From: a virus
Taxonomy: Duplodnaviria > Caudoviricetes
DNA: 64,000 nucleotides
Direction: 5' to 3' (one strand)
Virus record (IMG/VR): IMGVR_UViG_3300046694_000619
Position 1 is the first letter of the stretch; each line of letters opens with the position of its first letter. This document shows, in pieces, positions 26,888 to 36,031 of the stretch. A model generated the notes under the pieces. It was not told where the DNA came from. It was given only the letters and a program-made list of their open reading frames with translations, and did not search any database. The position numbers and the translations under genes are program-made.

Positions 26888-27086
26888 TTCTGGAAATCGG
26901 TAGGAGCAGAGCCTTGTGGATGGGCGGCCGGCCGACTGACGGGCACGAACGCGCGAGCGAGGCGCGTCACGGTCCAGACGAGCGGGCAATGCCTTCTCGT
27001 CGCATGCGTGCAGTGCGGGCGACGGTAAAACGGAGTGGCGGGTAGGTTTTCGCAACCGATGTGTCCACACCGGCCGGTTTCCAGAA
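26888..27086 (+). ncRNA. structured RNA, family A copy 1
   Basis: Closing helix TTCTGGAAATCGGT/GCCGGTTTCCAGAA; motifs shared with 33305-33475. Confidence 0.55.
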
Positions 27087-27354
27087 TTGATGAAGTCCTG
27101 TAGTCAGCGTCGGTGTGGATGGACACACTAAGCACGGTGCAGAAACATTAAACCTGTTCTCCCGTAGGGGTCACCGCGACCGTCGAACTCCCAAATGCGA
27201 AAGCCTTCGGGAGTCGAGCCGGAAAGGGACAGGCTGCGAAGGTGCCGAAGGAAAACGGAGTGGGCAATGCGGACGCGCAACCCACCGCAGGCCACTGGCA
27301 GTGTGTGGCTGACCCGGAATCAAGCCCGGGGCGCTGTCTACAGGGCTTCATCAA
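27087..27354 (+). ncRNA. tRNA-shell RNA related to 16269-16404
   Basis: Long closing helix, GTGTG GATGGA CACAC hairpin, T-like CCGG AATCAAGC CCGG. Confidence 0.6.
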
Positions 27355-27380
27355 CAACGAGTAGTGCCCGCAAGGTACTA

Positions 27381-27537
27381 CCATCTGCGCAGCGTCAGCG
27401 GGCTGAGTTTCCCGCACGATTCATGGTGACGTTTGCAGGGGGGCGAGGTTCGATGTCCTCAAGGCGACCCGGTTCGAGTCCGGTGCCAGTGGCTGAACCT
27501 GCAATGCTGGCGATTGTCCAGCACGCTGCGCAGATGG
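27381..27537 (+). ncRNA. structured RNA with two tandem T-loop hairpins
   Basis: 15-bp closing helix; GAGGTTCGATGTCCTC and CCGGTTCGAGTCCGG. Confidence 0.55.
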
Positions 27538-27735
27538 GTGAAAAGCGAAAACGACACGGAAGCCTGGAGCCGACCGGAAACGGCGCCAGGTGGAAGGACT
27601 GGAAGTAGCTGGTTCAGGCTATCCGAACACGGGGACTCGACGCGAGTACGCCAACTGGGTCAATGAAAACAGTACCGGACCCCCGTGATGCCGCTGGTTC
27701 AACCTCAGCCTCATCGTCCAACATTCAATCCTGAT

Positions 27736-28002
27736 ATGACCAAGTACGTGTTGCTCTACACAGGCACGCAAGGCGCGAAGGTCCCTGCTGTAGACATCAA
27801 AGCCATCAAGGCGTTGCCCGGTATCGTCGTCTCGAAAGAGATTCCGATGAAATCCGCGTACATGATGCACGTCGAAGGCCCCGTCACGGTTAAACGCGCC
27901 GTCAACAAGATGGCTTGCTGGGTCGCATCAGAAGTGCACACGTACGAAAGCCCGGAGCCACGTCCGGGGTTTCAGGTATCGGCCGGCAAGCGCACGAAGT
28001 AA
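27736..28002 (+). CDS. hypothetical protein
   Basis: ORF with GC3 bias. Confidence 0.55.
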   Translation: MTKYVLLYTGTQGAKVPAVDIKAIKALPGIVVSKEIPMKSAYMMHVEGPVTVKRAVNKMACWVASEVHTYESPEPRPGFQVSAGKRTK

Positions 28003-28025
28003 CGCTCGGCCGCAGTATCAACTTT

Positions 28026-28116
28026 GGAAGACGAACCCGCCAGGGGTGGGACCTGATTTGAAATCAGTGGGAGTGGCGAAAGCTGCTTGGGCTTCGAGTG
28101 CACCCGTCTTCCGCCA
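28026..28116 (+). tRNA. 8/4-type tRNA-Ser(TGA)
   Basis: 8-bp acceptor GGAAGACG/CGTCTTCC, same V/T arms as 15232, TT TGA AA. Confidence 0.82.
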
Positions 28117-28149
28117 AACAACATCACTCTTCCTCGACTTCCCGCGTAC

Positions 28150-29028
28150 ATGGCAAGTGCCCTTCGTTCCCTGAGCTTCAAAGTCTTCATCGCTGACCTC
28201 GTTAGCTCGGAGGATGATGGACCAGGTCTGCCATATCGCCTCCTCGAAGCACGTCCGCTCGTCGACGGTGAGCCTCTGCTGAAGGGCTATGTCTTCGACA
28301 TTGCCCCGCTTATCGGCTATGGGCTGCGCGACGTCGACACGGACCTCTACACGTGCGGCTGCGGGGTCGCCGGTTGCGCGGGAATCCATGACCACGTCCA
28401 GCTGCGCGTTGACCGCGGCTTGATGACCTGGACGTTTCCAGAAGACCCGTTCCGCAAGGGGTTCGCAGCAGAACTTTTCCCGGCCGAGGCACCGCTCACC
28501 CTGCGCTTCGCCAAGAAACAGTACCGGCAAGCGCTCAAAAGCGTGGAAGCCGAGCTGCTCGCCCTGGCTGCCGATGGCGGCGCGCCGGTGGTGCTGGCGG
28601 CTGGTTCGGCCTATCCGGACCTGAATACGCCGCTGAAGAAGGTGCTGAAATCGGTTCGCAAACACGCGAACCGCTGGCTTGCGAGCGTCGCGCGCGAGAA
28701 GCAACTCTTTGGCGAACTGCTCAACCAGGAGGTGCTGGTGCGCTTCCCGAACGGAGCGCTGCGCATTATTCCCGTCACCAACTTCGCCTATCACCTCGCA
28801 TACGAAGAAGAGGAGCGGACAGGCGTCGCAAGAGACGACATTCTCGCCGATACGTACCTGCCCGAATGGAAGCGGGACACGGGGAGCCTCATAGCCGCAG
28901 TGCGTGCCACCAACTGGGACCTCATCCGCGAGGTGATGTTCCGCACGTCCCGCGGCGGCGATGACATCGAGCCAGCGCGCGAGCAGTGGGCTGCGGCCGT
29001 GTTCACGCTCGAGCAGTCACTCTCGTAA
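28150..29028 (+). CDS. hypothetical protein (C-x-C-G-x-x-G-C motif)
   Basis: YTCGCGVAGCAGI. Confidence 0.7.
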   Translation: MASALRSLSFKVFIADLVSSEDDGPGLPYRLLEARPLVDGEPLLKGYVFDIAPLIGYGLRDVDTDLYTCGCGVAGCAGIHDHVQLRVDRGLMTWTFPEDPFRKGFAAELFPAEAPLTLRFAKKQYRQALKSVEAELLALAADGGAPVVLAAGSAYPDLNTPLKKVLKSVRKHANRWLASVAREKQLFGELLNQEVLVRFPNGALRIIPVTNFAYHLAYEEEERTGVARDDILADTYLPEWKRDTGSLIAAVRATNWDLIREVMFRTSRGGDDIEPAREQWAAAVFTLEQSLS

Positions 29029-29049
29029 CTCACCCCCGGAGCGCACCCC

Positions 29050-29565
29050 ATGAAAGTCTGGTTCACACGACCCTCGACCTGGGACCTCTATGTACGCGGC
29101 GTCGAGCGCTGCGAACTCTGGCTGCAAAAGCCGGAGTTCGACCATTCGCCACGCGGCAAAGAGCGCGACTCCATCCTGCCGAATCTCCCGATTGGTTGGC
29201 GCGCGCTGGACCCGGAATACGGTGACATCACCGGGCAGGTACGCGTCACCGTTGGTGAGGCTATCCCGACAGGGCAACACGACGCAGTCTTGCATGCGCT
29301 CTGGGACGCCTTGTGTCGTTCCGTCGATGGCCGCGGCGCTCTTGAGGGCGCGCCGGCGCCACAGCGCTGGGAGCAGGGCCTGGATGATGGCTCGTTCAGC
29401 GAGGCGGATGAGCGGACTCTCGCGAGCTTCCTCTTCGAATCTGACGTGTCGCCGGAGTTATGGTTCAAGGCTGCGTTGCTCAATGGTCTCGAATACCAGA
29501 CCGCGGCGGGACGCTGGGCTCAGAAATTCTTCCCGCTCGACGATGAACTGGGCGTCACTTCCTGA
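29050..29565 (+). CDS. hypothetical protein
   Basis: GGAG RBS, 171 aa. Confidence 0.7.
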   Translation: MKVWFTRPSTWDLYVRGVERCELWLQKPEFDHSPRGKERDSILPNLPIGWRALDPEYGDITGQVRVTVGEAIPTGQHDAVLHALWDALCRSVDGRGALEGAPAPQRWEQGLDDGSFSEADERTLASFLFESDVSPELWFKAALLNGLEYQTAAGRWAQKFFPLDDELGVTS

Positions 29566-29581
29566 AAGAGAACAATACAAA

Positions 29582-30127
29582 ATGACCTGGACTGGCATCG
29601 CCACTGACCTGACGCTTCACGACGTGATTGGAGCCGCCGACACTGGCTCGCACCTGCCGCCACCCGCGGCTTCTGCCATCGCGGCTGCCAATCCGAAGCC
29701 CAGTAGCTTCCGCCTCTTCCTCCGACGCAATCGCGAACGACTGTTTCTCACCGCCGCCGCGCTGTTCGGCCTGGTGGCCGTCCAGTCGTATTACTGGATT
29801 ACGGACGCAGTAAAGGAGTACCGGTTCGAGCGGGAAAGAGCGGCACAGGACATCGTCGACCAGCAGGCAATCAAGGCCGCGGAGGCTCGCGAGAAAGCGA
29901 AGTCGGCCACAGGGGGCCCGGCAGCACCGTCAAGTATGGCGGCGCCGGCGCCGACCGGCCCGCAGGAGGTACCCATCACTCCGCAGGTCGCGCAGACGAA
30001 AAAAGCGGTGCCGCACAATCATGCGGCGGTGACACCGTCGGCATCGGTGACTGGCGGCGACACGCCGGTTGAAAGTGGCTCAGCGATGAGCCTGGAACAT
30101 TTCCGGGAACTATCGGGGAAGCTTTGA
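29582..30127 (+). CDS. single-TM hypothetical protein
   Basis: MTWTG start, TM LFLTAAALFGLVAV, Pro/Ala-rich tail. Confidence 0.65.
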   Translation: MTWTGIATDLTLHDVIGAADTGSHLPPPAASAIAAANPKPSSFRLFLRRNRERLFLTAAALFGLVAVQSYYWITDAVKEYRFERERAAQDIVDQQAIKAAEAREKAKSATGGPAAPSSMAAPAPTGPQEVPITPQVAQTKKAVPHNHAAVTPSASVTGGDTPVESGSAMSLEHFRELSGKL

Positions 30128-30128
30128 A

Positions 30129-30704
30129 ATGAAAATGAAACCAATATTTGTCGGCGCGGTGCTTGCGCTCAGCGCATTCGTAGCAAACGCTGCAGAGCTC
30201 ACACTATTCGGCGAGACCGTCAGTACGGTGCACCGGGATGAAATGAGGACCGCGGCCAAGACCAATGGCGCGCGGCTCATCAAGTCAAGCGGGACCTCGG
30301 ATGTATTCGACGCCTCACGAATGGGACTGCCGGGCGCTCAGACACTGGAAATAGTCTACCTCGACGGACAGCTGGTAATGGCGCAGTACGCGCTCGAGAA
30401 GGACAGCCCCACCGACGAAAAGCTTCGCAAGATGCTGGTCTCCAAGTATGCCTACCCGACGGGCGGCACTCCGGACCCCTGGGCTAAGACTCCGCGAAAG
30501 TTCGACGACGAATATGTCGGTGAGGGCAAATATCGCTGGAAGTTCGATAACGACATGGAGCTGGTCTACACGAAAGAGTTCTTCGGCGAGCGGTTTCTGA
30601 CGTACGCGAACAAGACCGCGCAAGCGAAGATGCAGCGATTGCTCGATTCAGCCGACAAGAGCGGCGTGTCGCAAGCGGCGAAAGCCAAGAGCAACCTCTT
30701 TTAA
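30129..30704 (+). CDS. secreted hypothetical protein
   Basis: Signal peptide ending ANA. Confidence 0.75.
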   Translation: MKMKPIFVGAVLALSAFVANAAELTLFGETVSTVHRDEMRTAAKTNGARLIKSSGTSDVFDASRMGLPGAQTLEIVYLDGQLVMAQYALEKDSPTDEKLRKMLVSKYAYPTGGTPDPWAKTPRKFDDEYVGEGKYRWKFDNDMELVYTKEFFGERFLTYANKTAQAKMQRLLDSADKSGVSQAAKAKSNLF

Positions 30705-30714
30705 GGAGCGCCCG

Positions 30715-31329
30715 ATGTCAGAACTGCAATGGCATGACCAGGCCGTCATCAATGGCATCCAGGTGAAGGCGTTCTTCTTCGACGGCAACGCAGCCAAGGC
30801 CGAAACCGACCTGGTACGGCGCGCCGTGCCGATGCTGGCCAACGCGCCCGTCAAGCCCGCGGTGCTCGCCACCGAGCAGGACCGCAAGAATTTCTACCAC
30901 GACATACTTGTCGCCCAGCCCGACGCTGTGTTCGCGCACGGGCAGGGCCTAGTCTGTGTCGAATATAAGTTTGTTGGATTTAAGGACCACTCGCGTCAGA
31001 ACTGGCGCAACGAAATCCGGCTTGGCGACATGCTGCAGAACATCGTGGCGAGCTTCGTGGTGGCGCAGTCACAACGCAAGGTCACCGCCTGCATTCTGCG
31101 GTATCACAACGTGGCGTATCTGCTCACGCCGGGCGAGGCGGTCATCAATATGGTGGTCGGCCTGGCACCGATGGCGATGGCGTACTACGCTGAAACCCGG
31201 CGAGTCGCCGCCAAGCAGCTCGCGAAGTTCGCCTTGGAGCGCGTGCAGAGCGCATTCCCGCGGGCCGAGACGGAACGTGCAGCAGAAGGGCGGGTCGCTC
31301 ACGACACCTTGCTTCGCCGGGATAGTTAA
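30715..31329 (+). CDS. possible PD-(D/E)xK nuclease-like protein
   Basis: QPDAVF......CVEYK. Confidence 0.55.
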   Translation: MSELQWHDQAVINGIQVKAFFFDGNAAKAETDLVRRAVPMLANAPVKPAVLATEQDRKNFYHDILVAQPDAVFAHGQGLVCVEYKFVGFKDHSRQNWRNEIRLGDMLQNIVASFVVAQSQRKVTACILRYHNVAYLLTPGEAVINMVVGLAPMAMAYYAETRRVAAKQLAKFALERVQSAFPRAETERAAEGRVAHDTLLRRDS

Positions 31330-31406
31330 CAAACCAGAAAGTGTTGTAAAAGGCCGACGCTTTCAACCTCGAGGCAGTTAACTTTAAAAAAGTTTGCGTC
31401 GAGGCG

Positions 31407-31434
31407 TTGACACGCGCGCTGTTGGTGCTATACT
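31407..31434 (+). promoter_or_regulatory. rrn-like sigma70 promoter
   Basis: TTGACA-16-TATACT; GGTGCTATACT identical to the 11449 promoter. Confidence 0.85.
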
Positions 31435-31484
31435 GCCAACACTGACTGATTCAAACAGTCTTCGACAGGTAGCAATACTGTCTC

Positions 31485-31496
31485 GCTCTTAAACAA
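31485..31496 (+). promoter_or_regulatory. boxA-like antitermination site
   Basis: GCTCTTAAACAA versus consensus GCTCTTTAACA. Confidence 0.6.
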
Positions 31497-31519
31497 TTTG
31501 GCTCTCAATTTTTCTCTCT

Positions 31520-32710
31520 CTTCTGGGGGAATCACGGCTAGGTAGGTAGGACCTACGATGACGTGCGCTGGCAGGTGGAAAGCATGGGCCTTGGCCCCTC
31601 TGCAACCCGAAGTTGTCCGGAAACACAGGCCGGACTGAGCAAGCATACCGACTTGCAACTGTGGTTCCCCGAGAAGAGAGAGTTTTGCATCGGTAAGTGT
31701 CTCCATGTAGCCGATGGGTTCGCGTTGCACCTGCGTCTTCCTTCGGGCGGATGTGGGCTCAGCTTCTGCCTTCGGGTGGAAGTCGGCTCCGCGAGCTGTC
31801 TATGGAGAAAACATCCCGCCTGGGGGAGACAGCCGTAGCGATACGGTCAAAGCGAGGTAGCCCACTAACTCGCGCCAAGCCTGGCCTGCACTTCGGTGCG
31901 GGTGAGGATGGTCAATCCAGGCAAGCCTCCTCGACCTCGCAAGGGGTTCGTCATCGACCAGCGGTGGCGATAAGGATGAAGCATGTGGCTGGGAAAGAAC
32001 GTTGGCCGACAAGCCCAAAGTGCCCTTCGGGGGCTGCGGGGAACTTGGGTCGACGAACAGCAGCGGGTGGTGCCGCGGTCCAGCCTTAACCAACGTGCGA
32101 ATCTGTACGGGAAAGGGTAGCGCTGTTGTCGTAGATGCCCTCAATGGCGACAGCGCAGTTCCAGGGGTAATGGGTTCGTTGCAAAACGCGCCCGGAGTCC
32201 TGAAGAACCGTCGAGTATCCGGCAGGAAAAAGACATGATGCGGGTGACATTGGGATGGTCAAAAGCCATTTCAGTCACGGACACGCCCGTATCGGTGGGT
32301 TGCAACTAGCTCAATTGGATAGAGCAACGGCCTTGAAAGCCGTGGGTTGAAGGTTCAATTCCTTCGTTCACTAAAACGCAAAGTCGTGTCCGGCATTTCG
32401 CAACAGTGGCTTAATCCTGTCCGGGGAACCCCGAAGGCAGGCGCCTGAAATCCGCAAGATGGAGGGTGTTGATTGGATTCCGCACGTAGAGGCTGCAACC
32501 TCGAACGGCTCGCAAGGTCGGCGGTAGGAAGAGAATCGAGTAGCGAGATGCGACAGGGAGAGTTCGCCAGCCCTGGGGTAACCCGAAAGACGGCAGCCAT
32601 GGCGCTAAACCGGGCTTGAGCTCGGTGGATACAGGAGGCAAGGTGGGCCGCAAGCTCACTATAATCCTCCTAAGTGGAGCGTCGATTCCGGCTGTAATCT
32701 CAGGCCTGAA
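31520..32710 (+). ncRNA. large GOLLD-like ncRNA, boundaries approximate
   Basis: 1.2 kb without a credible ORF, many GNRA/UUCG hairpins, embedded tRNA module, 3' end GCTGTAATCTCAGGC as I recall for GOLLD; tRNA-array context. Confidence 0.6.
32300..32372 (+). tRNA. tRNA module (anticodon TGA) embedded in the large RNA, defective acceptor stem
   Basis: D, anticodon (ACGGC CT TGA AA GCCGT) and T arms intact; only ~3 acceptor pairs, no CCA. Confidence 0.55.
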
Positions 32711-32767
32711 TAACCCAGTGCGAAAGCACTTGGGTCTGCGAGCAAAACCGCTTTCAGACCGAAGTGC

Positions 32768-32963
32768 TTTCACCGTTACGCACGTTAGATGTGCAGCCAG
32801 CTTTAATCTGGCCTTAGTCATGCTTGTAGGAGCGTAACCTACCCTGCGCCTGGTAGCGAACTTGGTGCATGTCGTTCGTAGTGAACAGCAGCAGGCCGCT
32901 AATTACTCATTGGCCTGCTGTTCAACACATGACATAGTCGGGGCAGTACCGACGACGGTGGAA
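32768..32963 (+). ncRNA. structured RNA with acceptor/T-arm-like end
   Basis: TTTCACCGTT/GACGGTGGAA closing helix preceded by GTCGG GGCAGTA CCGAC. Confidence 0.45.
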
Positions 32964-32975
32964 GTATTTTAGAAT

Positions 32976-33062
32976 GGAGAGGTGGCAGAGCGGTCAAATG
33001 CGCTGTCTTGGAAAGGCAGAGTCGGAAACGGCACCTGGGTTCGAACCCCAGTCTCTCCGCCA
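32976..33062 (+). tRNA. tRNA-Ser(GGA), canonical 7/5
   Basis: TT GGA AA, V arm, G73, CCA. Confidence 0.92.
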
Positions 33063-33219
33063 GCTATACCCCATCATGTATCCACTAACTAACGAGGTCG
33101 ATGCTTGATGAAAAAGAATACAGTACTGCCAGGTTTTCACCACGAAGGATGGGACCTGTGATGCAGCGAAAAGAATTAGCCCGTTTCGCCCGTGAAGGCT
33201 GGGACGGTTGACTGTTTTT

Positions 33220-33295
33220 GGCGGGGTGGCGCAGTTGGTAGCGCACGGGGCTCATAACCCTGGGGTCGATGGTTCGAATCCATCTCCCGCAACCA
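33220..33295 (+). tRNA. tRNA-fMet(CAT)
   Basis: 1:72 mismatch, three G-C pairs in the anticodon stem, CCA. Confidence 0.88.
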
Positions 33296-33304
33296 GTTTT
33301 TGCA

Positions 33305-33475
33305 GTGGGAAGGAGCAGACCGCAGCCTATGCGTGCGGGATGACAGGCCCCGCTCGGACGCATGAAGTTGGGTGCGGAGAGTCGACGGACTGAGCATAAA
33401 CGGAGTCGAGGGTAAGGCCGCGGACGTGTGATGTAGGGCACGAGAGCGGTTCCGAGGTTACGACACCGGCCCACA
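33305..33475 (+). ncRNA. structured RNA, family A copy 2
   Basis: AGGAGCAGA...AAACGGAGT..GGGTA...ACACCGGCC as in 26888-27086. Confidence 0.5.
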
Positions 33476-33526
33476 GCAGATTCACCATTTTCAAGAGCGG
33501 CACTTGTGCGGCTCGAGTAGTTCAAT

Positions 33527-33604
33527 GGCGGGGTAGCTCAGCCTGGTAGAGCGACAGCCTCATAAGCTGAATGTCGTTGGTTCGAATCCAACCCACCGCA
33601 ACCA
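33527..33604 (+). tRNA. tRNA-Met(CAT) with initiator-like acceptor end
   Basis: CT CAT AA, ...CCGCAACCA end, bulged acceptor. Confidence 0.82.
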
Positions 33605-33917
33605 GTTACCCGGGTGTCCTGGCCCGTAATTTACCAGGCTCGGCACTCCTGCCGGCCTACCGTTGGCTATGGAGCGGAACCTGCGGTATATCGGGGGCAA
33701 CCTCGGTAAGCCATCCCGAAAGGGATTCCGACAGGAGTAACGCAGGCAGCTTGGTGTGAGCTGAAACGCAAAGGATAGCGTATCTGTTGAGCCTCCCGGG
33801 GAGGCTCTTCGTGAGCGCCGCACATCTGACTGGTAAAGCGCCCACGTGCCAGCTGTTGGTAGCAGCGTGGCACACCGATTTTCAGGAGTGGCTTTCGAGC
33901 GACTCCAGCAGCTCGAT

Positions 33918-33995
33918 AGCGGGGTAGAGCAGTCCGGTAGCTCGTCGGCCTCATAAGCCGAAGGTCATGGGTTCAAATCCCATCCGCCGCAACCA
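33918..33995 (+). tRNA. tRNA-Met(CAT), fMet-like D arm
   Basis: GAGCAGTCCGGTAGCTC, CT CAT AA, bulged acceptor, CCA. Confidence 0.85.
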
Positions 33996-34186
33996 AACGT
34001 AGGTCGTTGTGAATGCAACGATTGAAAGACAATCCGGCCACGCTTGCCATCTTCACAAGGGATGGCGTGCCTTAAGAGGCAGCGCATCTGAAATCGCGGA
34101 TTTACGCGTGAACCCCAGGGACGCCTGGGTCTACGGAACAAGGTGGTCGCAAGACCATCGGCGAGGGGATAACCTTTGCCACCCTT

Positions 34187-34262
<76 letters not shown>

Positions 34263-34595
34263 AATTACTCCGGCCTGGCAGTGTCACCGCATAAGAGGAC
34301 AGGTGTTCCTCTGGACGATTTTCGTGCTGCCAGCCCCGAGTGATTTCAGCAGGAAATGCACGGGCGACGTGCAAGAAAGGACGGAGTGTCCTGGCAGTGA
34401 GAACTGACCAGCTGTTGCGATGAGAGGTCGCAAGACTTTTTCGGTTCGAAAGTAGCATCGGGCCGTCCAAAACCGAAATGCCGGGTTCGCATCCGGCTCC
34501 TGTCGATGTCACGCGAATTGACTGCTCCAAAACGTGGGACCCGGTCTCCATGGATGTGGCGAAGTATCGGGCTTTGAGCAGTCTTTTCGCAGGAT

Positions 34596-34672
34596 GGTGA
34601 TGTAGCTCAGCTGGTCAGAGCGTTGCACTCATAATGCAGAGGTCGTCGGTTCGAGCCCGACCATCACTACCA
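34596..34672 (+). tRNA. tRNA with CAT anticodon (Ile2 or elongator Met)
   Basis: CT CAT AA, CCA. Confidence 0.88.
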
Positions 34673-34680
34673 GTTTCAAT

Positions 34681-34768
34681 GCGGTGGACCTTCGGGTCTA
34701 ACGTCAATCAGCGGCCTAGGATAACGCCTGATTGTCGAGCGCCGGCGTAATGGCTGGACACCGCTCCA
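34681..34768 (+). ncRNA. CCA-ended three-hairpin RNA (tRNA/Y-RNA-like)
   Basis: GCGGTG/CACCGC + TCCA, UUCG hairpin, CAATCAG/CTGATTG stem. Confidence 0.45.
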
Positions 34769-34816
34769 TATCCGAGAGAGCCCGCTACATGCGGGCTTTC
34801 CCATATCAGCAACGCC

Positions 34817-35275
34817 ATGCATTCGACGACCGATAAACGACCACTGAACGTGCGTGAGTTGCGCACCAAGCTGAAGATGCTGCGGCAGTATCAGGCGCGC
34901 AGCTGCCGGTTCGAGACGGTGTCATACTACTGCCCGAGGCATCCTGTATTCGAGGACTTCTTCCGGCTGCTGGCTGAGCATGACTGGTTCAGTGACGACT
35001 ACCGATGGTGCCGTGCACAGTACCAAGGGGACAGGGCCGCGTACGAAAATGCCATCGACGAAGCCAACGCATACTGGAACCCGAAGGCGGTCTTGTGCCG
35101 ACAGCCGACGTACAAAGAAGCGCTGCAGTGTGCCCGGTTCATTTACAGGTGCGGCCGCATCATGGAAGGCTCGCCTTGGCTGCGGGCATTGTCGATGGGT
35201 GTCGTGCAGTGGATTATGGATGGCATCATCGAGGGTCCTGCTGATTGCGGGCAGCACGCGCAAGCCGAGCAATAG
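34817..35275 (+). CDS. hypothetical protein
   Basis: 152-aa ORF. Confidence 0.6.
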   Translation: MHSTTDKRPLNVRELRTKLKMLRQYQARSCRFETVSYYCPRHPVFEDFFRLLAEHDWFSDDYRWCRAQYQGDRAAYENAIDEANAYWNPKAVLCRQPTYKEALQCARFIYRCGRIMEGSPWLRALSMGVVQWIMDGIIEGPADCGQHAQAEQ

Positions 35276-35330
35276 TGGCTTCGTAGACTGTCGGTCGTCG
35301 GCAACAACGATGCTTAACAGGCTAAGCATT

Positions 35331-35600
35331 TTAGCTCCATCGTTGTAGACCGCGTTCAGGTGGCGGCCTTGATTTGCTGTGCTGCGAGCGGCGCCATCTT
35401 TGTTTGGACTGCCAGTCCTCTGCGCGAAGCACGTATTCCCCGTCTTCGCGGGCTTCGGCTTCCGAGCCGAATCCTTCCTCGCTGAAGGCGACGACTTTGA
35501 TGCCTGTGCCAGTCGACCTCTCGATGGTAATGCCCCAGTGCCACTCGCCTTCCTGCTCGAAGACGTGAAGCGTCGGGTCCGACGACGCGAGCGCGGCCAT
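35331..35600 (-). CDS. hypothetical protein
   Basis: AAGGAG RBS; WHWGI...VVAFSEEGF.SE.EA. Confidence 0.65.
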   Translation of the reverse strand: MAALASSDPTLHVFEQEGEWHWGITIERSTGTGIKVVAFSEEGFGSEAEAREDGEYVLRAEDWQSKQRWRRSQHSKSRPPPERGLQRWS

Positions 35601-35710
35601 GGTCAACTCCTTTCAATAGCGGTTCCTCCGTGAGCCGTCCGCATGGCAACGGATGGTGCACGAATTGTCAGTGCTAGCAGTGGCCTGATACCGCTCCTGT
35701 GGCGTTGTTG

Positions 35711-36031
35711 CTAGGTGCGCGTAGACCTCGACGACTGCTGTATGTGCGCGGAGCTGGAGAACGCCTGTGCAGGACACGGCGCCGGCGGCGATTCAAGGGC
35801 GTCGTCGGCCTCCAGAACGACAACTTCGAGGAATTCAAGCGGTACCCGGTCAAGCCGTTCTGGCCGTCGTTCACCATCCGGCGGGAATTCCACGCAAGCA
35901 TGAGATGCCTTCGGGGTATGCGCTACGACTTGCCCGATACGCCCTCGAAACCGGCTTGCTGAATGGTCATCGAGCGCGCTCAGGCGGGAAGCGGTAAGTC
36001 TTACGAACATGCCTTTCAGGCGTTGCCTCAT
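35711..36031 (-). CDS. hypothetical protein
   Basis: GAGGAGG RBS before MRQRLKG. Confidence 0.6.
   Translation of the reverse strand: MRQRLKGMFVRLTASRLSALDDHSASRFRGRIGQVVAHTPKASHACVEFPPDGERRPERLDRVPLEFLEVVVLEADDALESPPAPCPAQAFSSSAHIQQSSRSTRT

Noticed and set aside
33605-33680. HDV/theta-like ribozyme after tRNA-Met
   Set aside because: A consistent P1-P2-P3-P1.1 nested pseudoknot could not be built by eye
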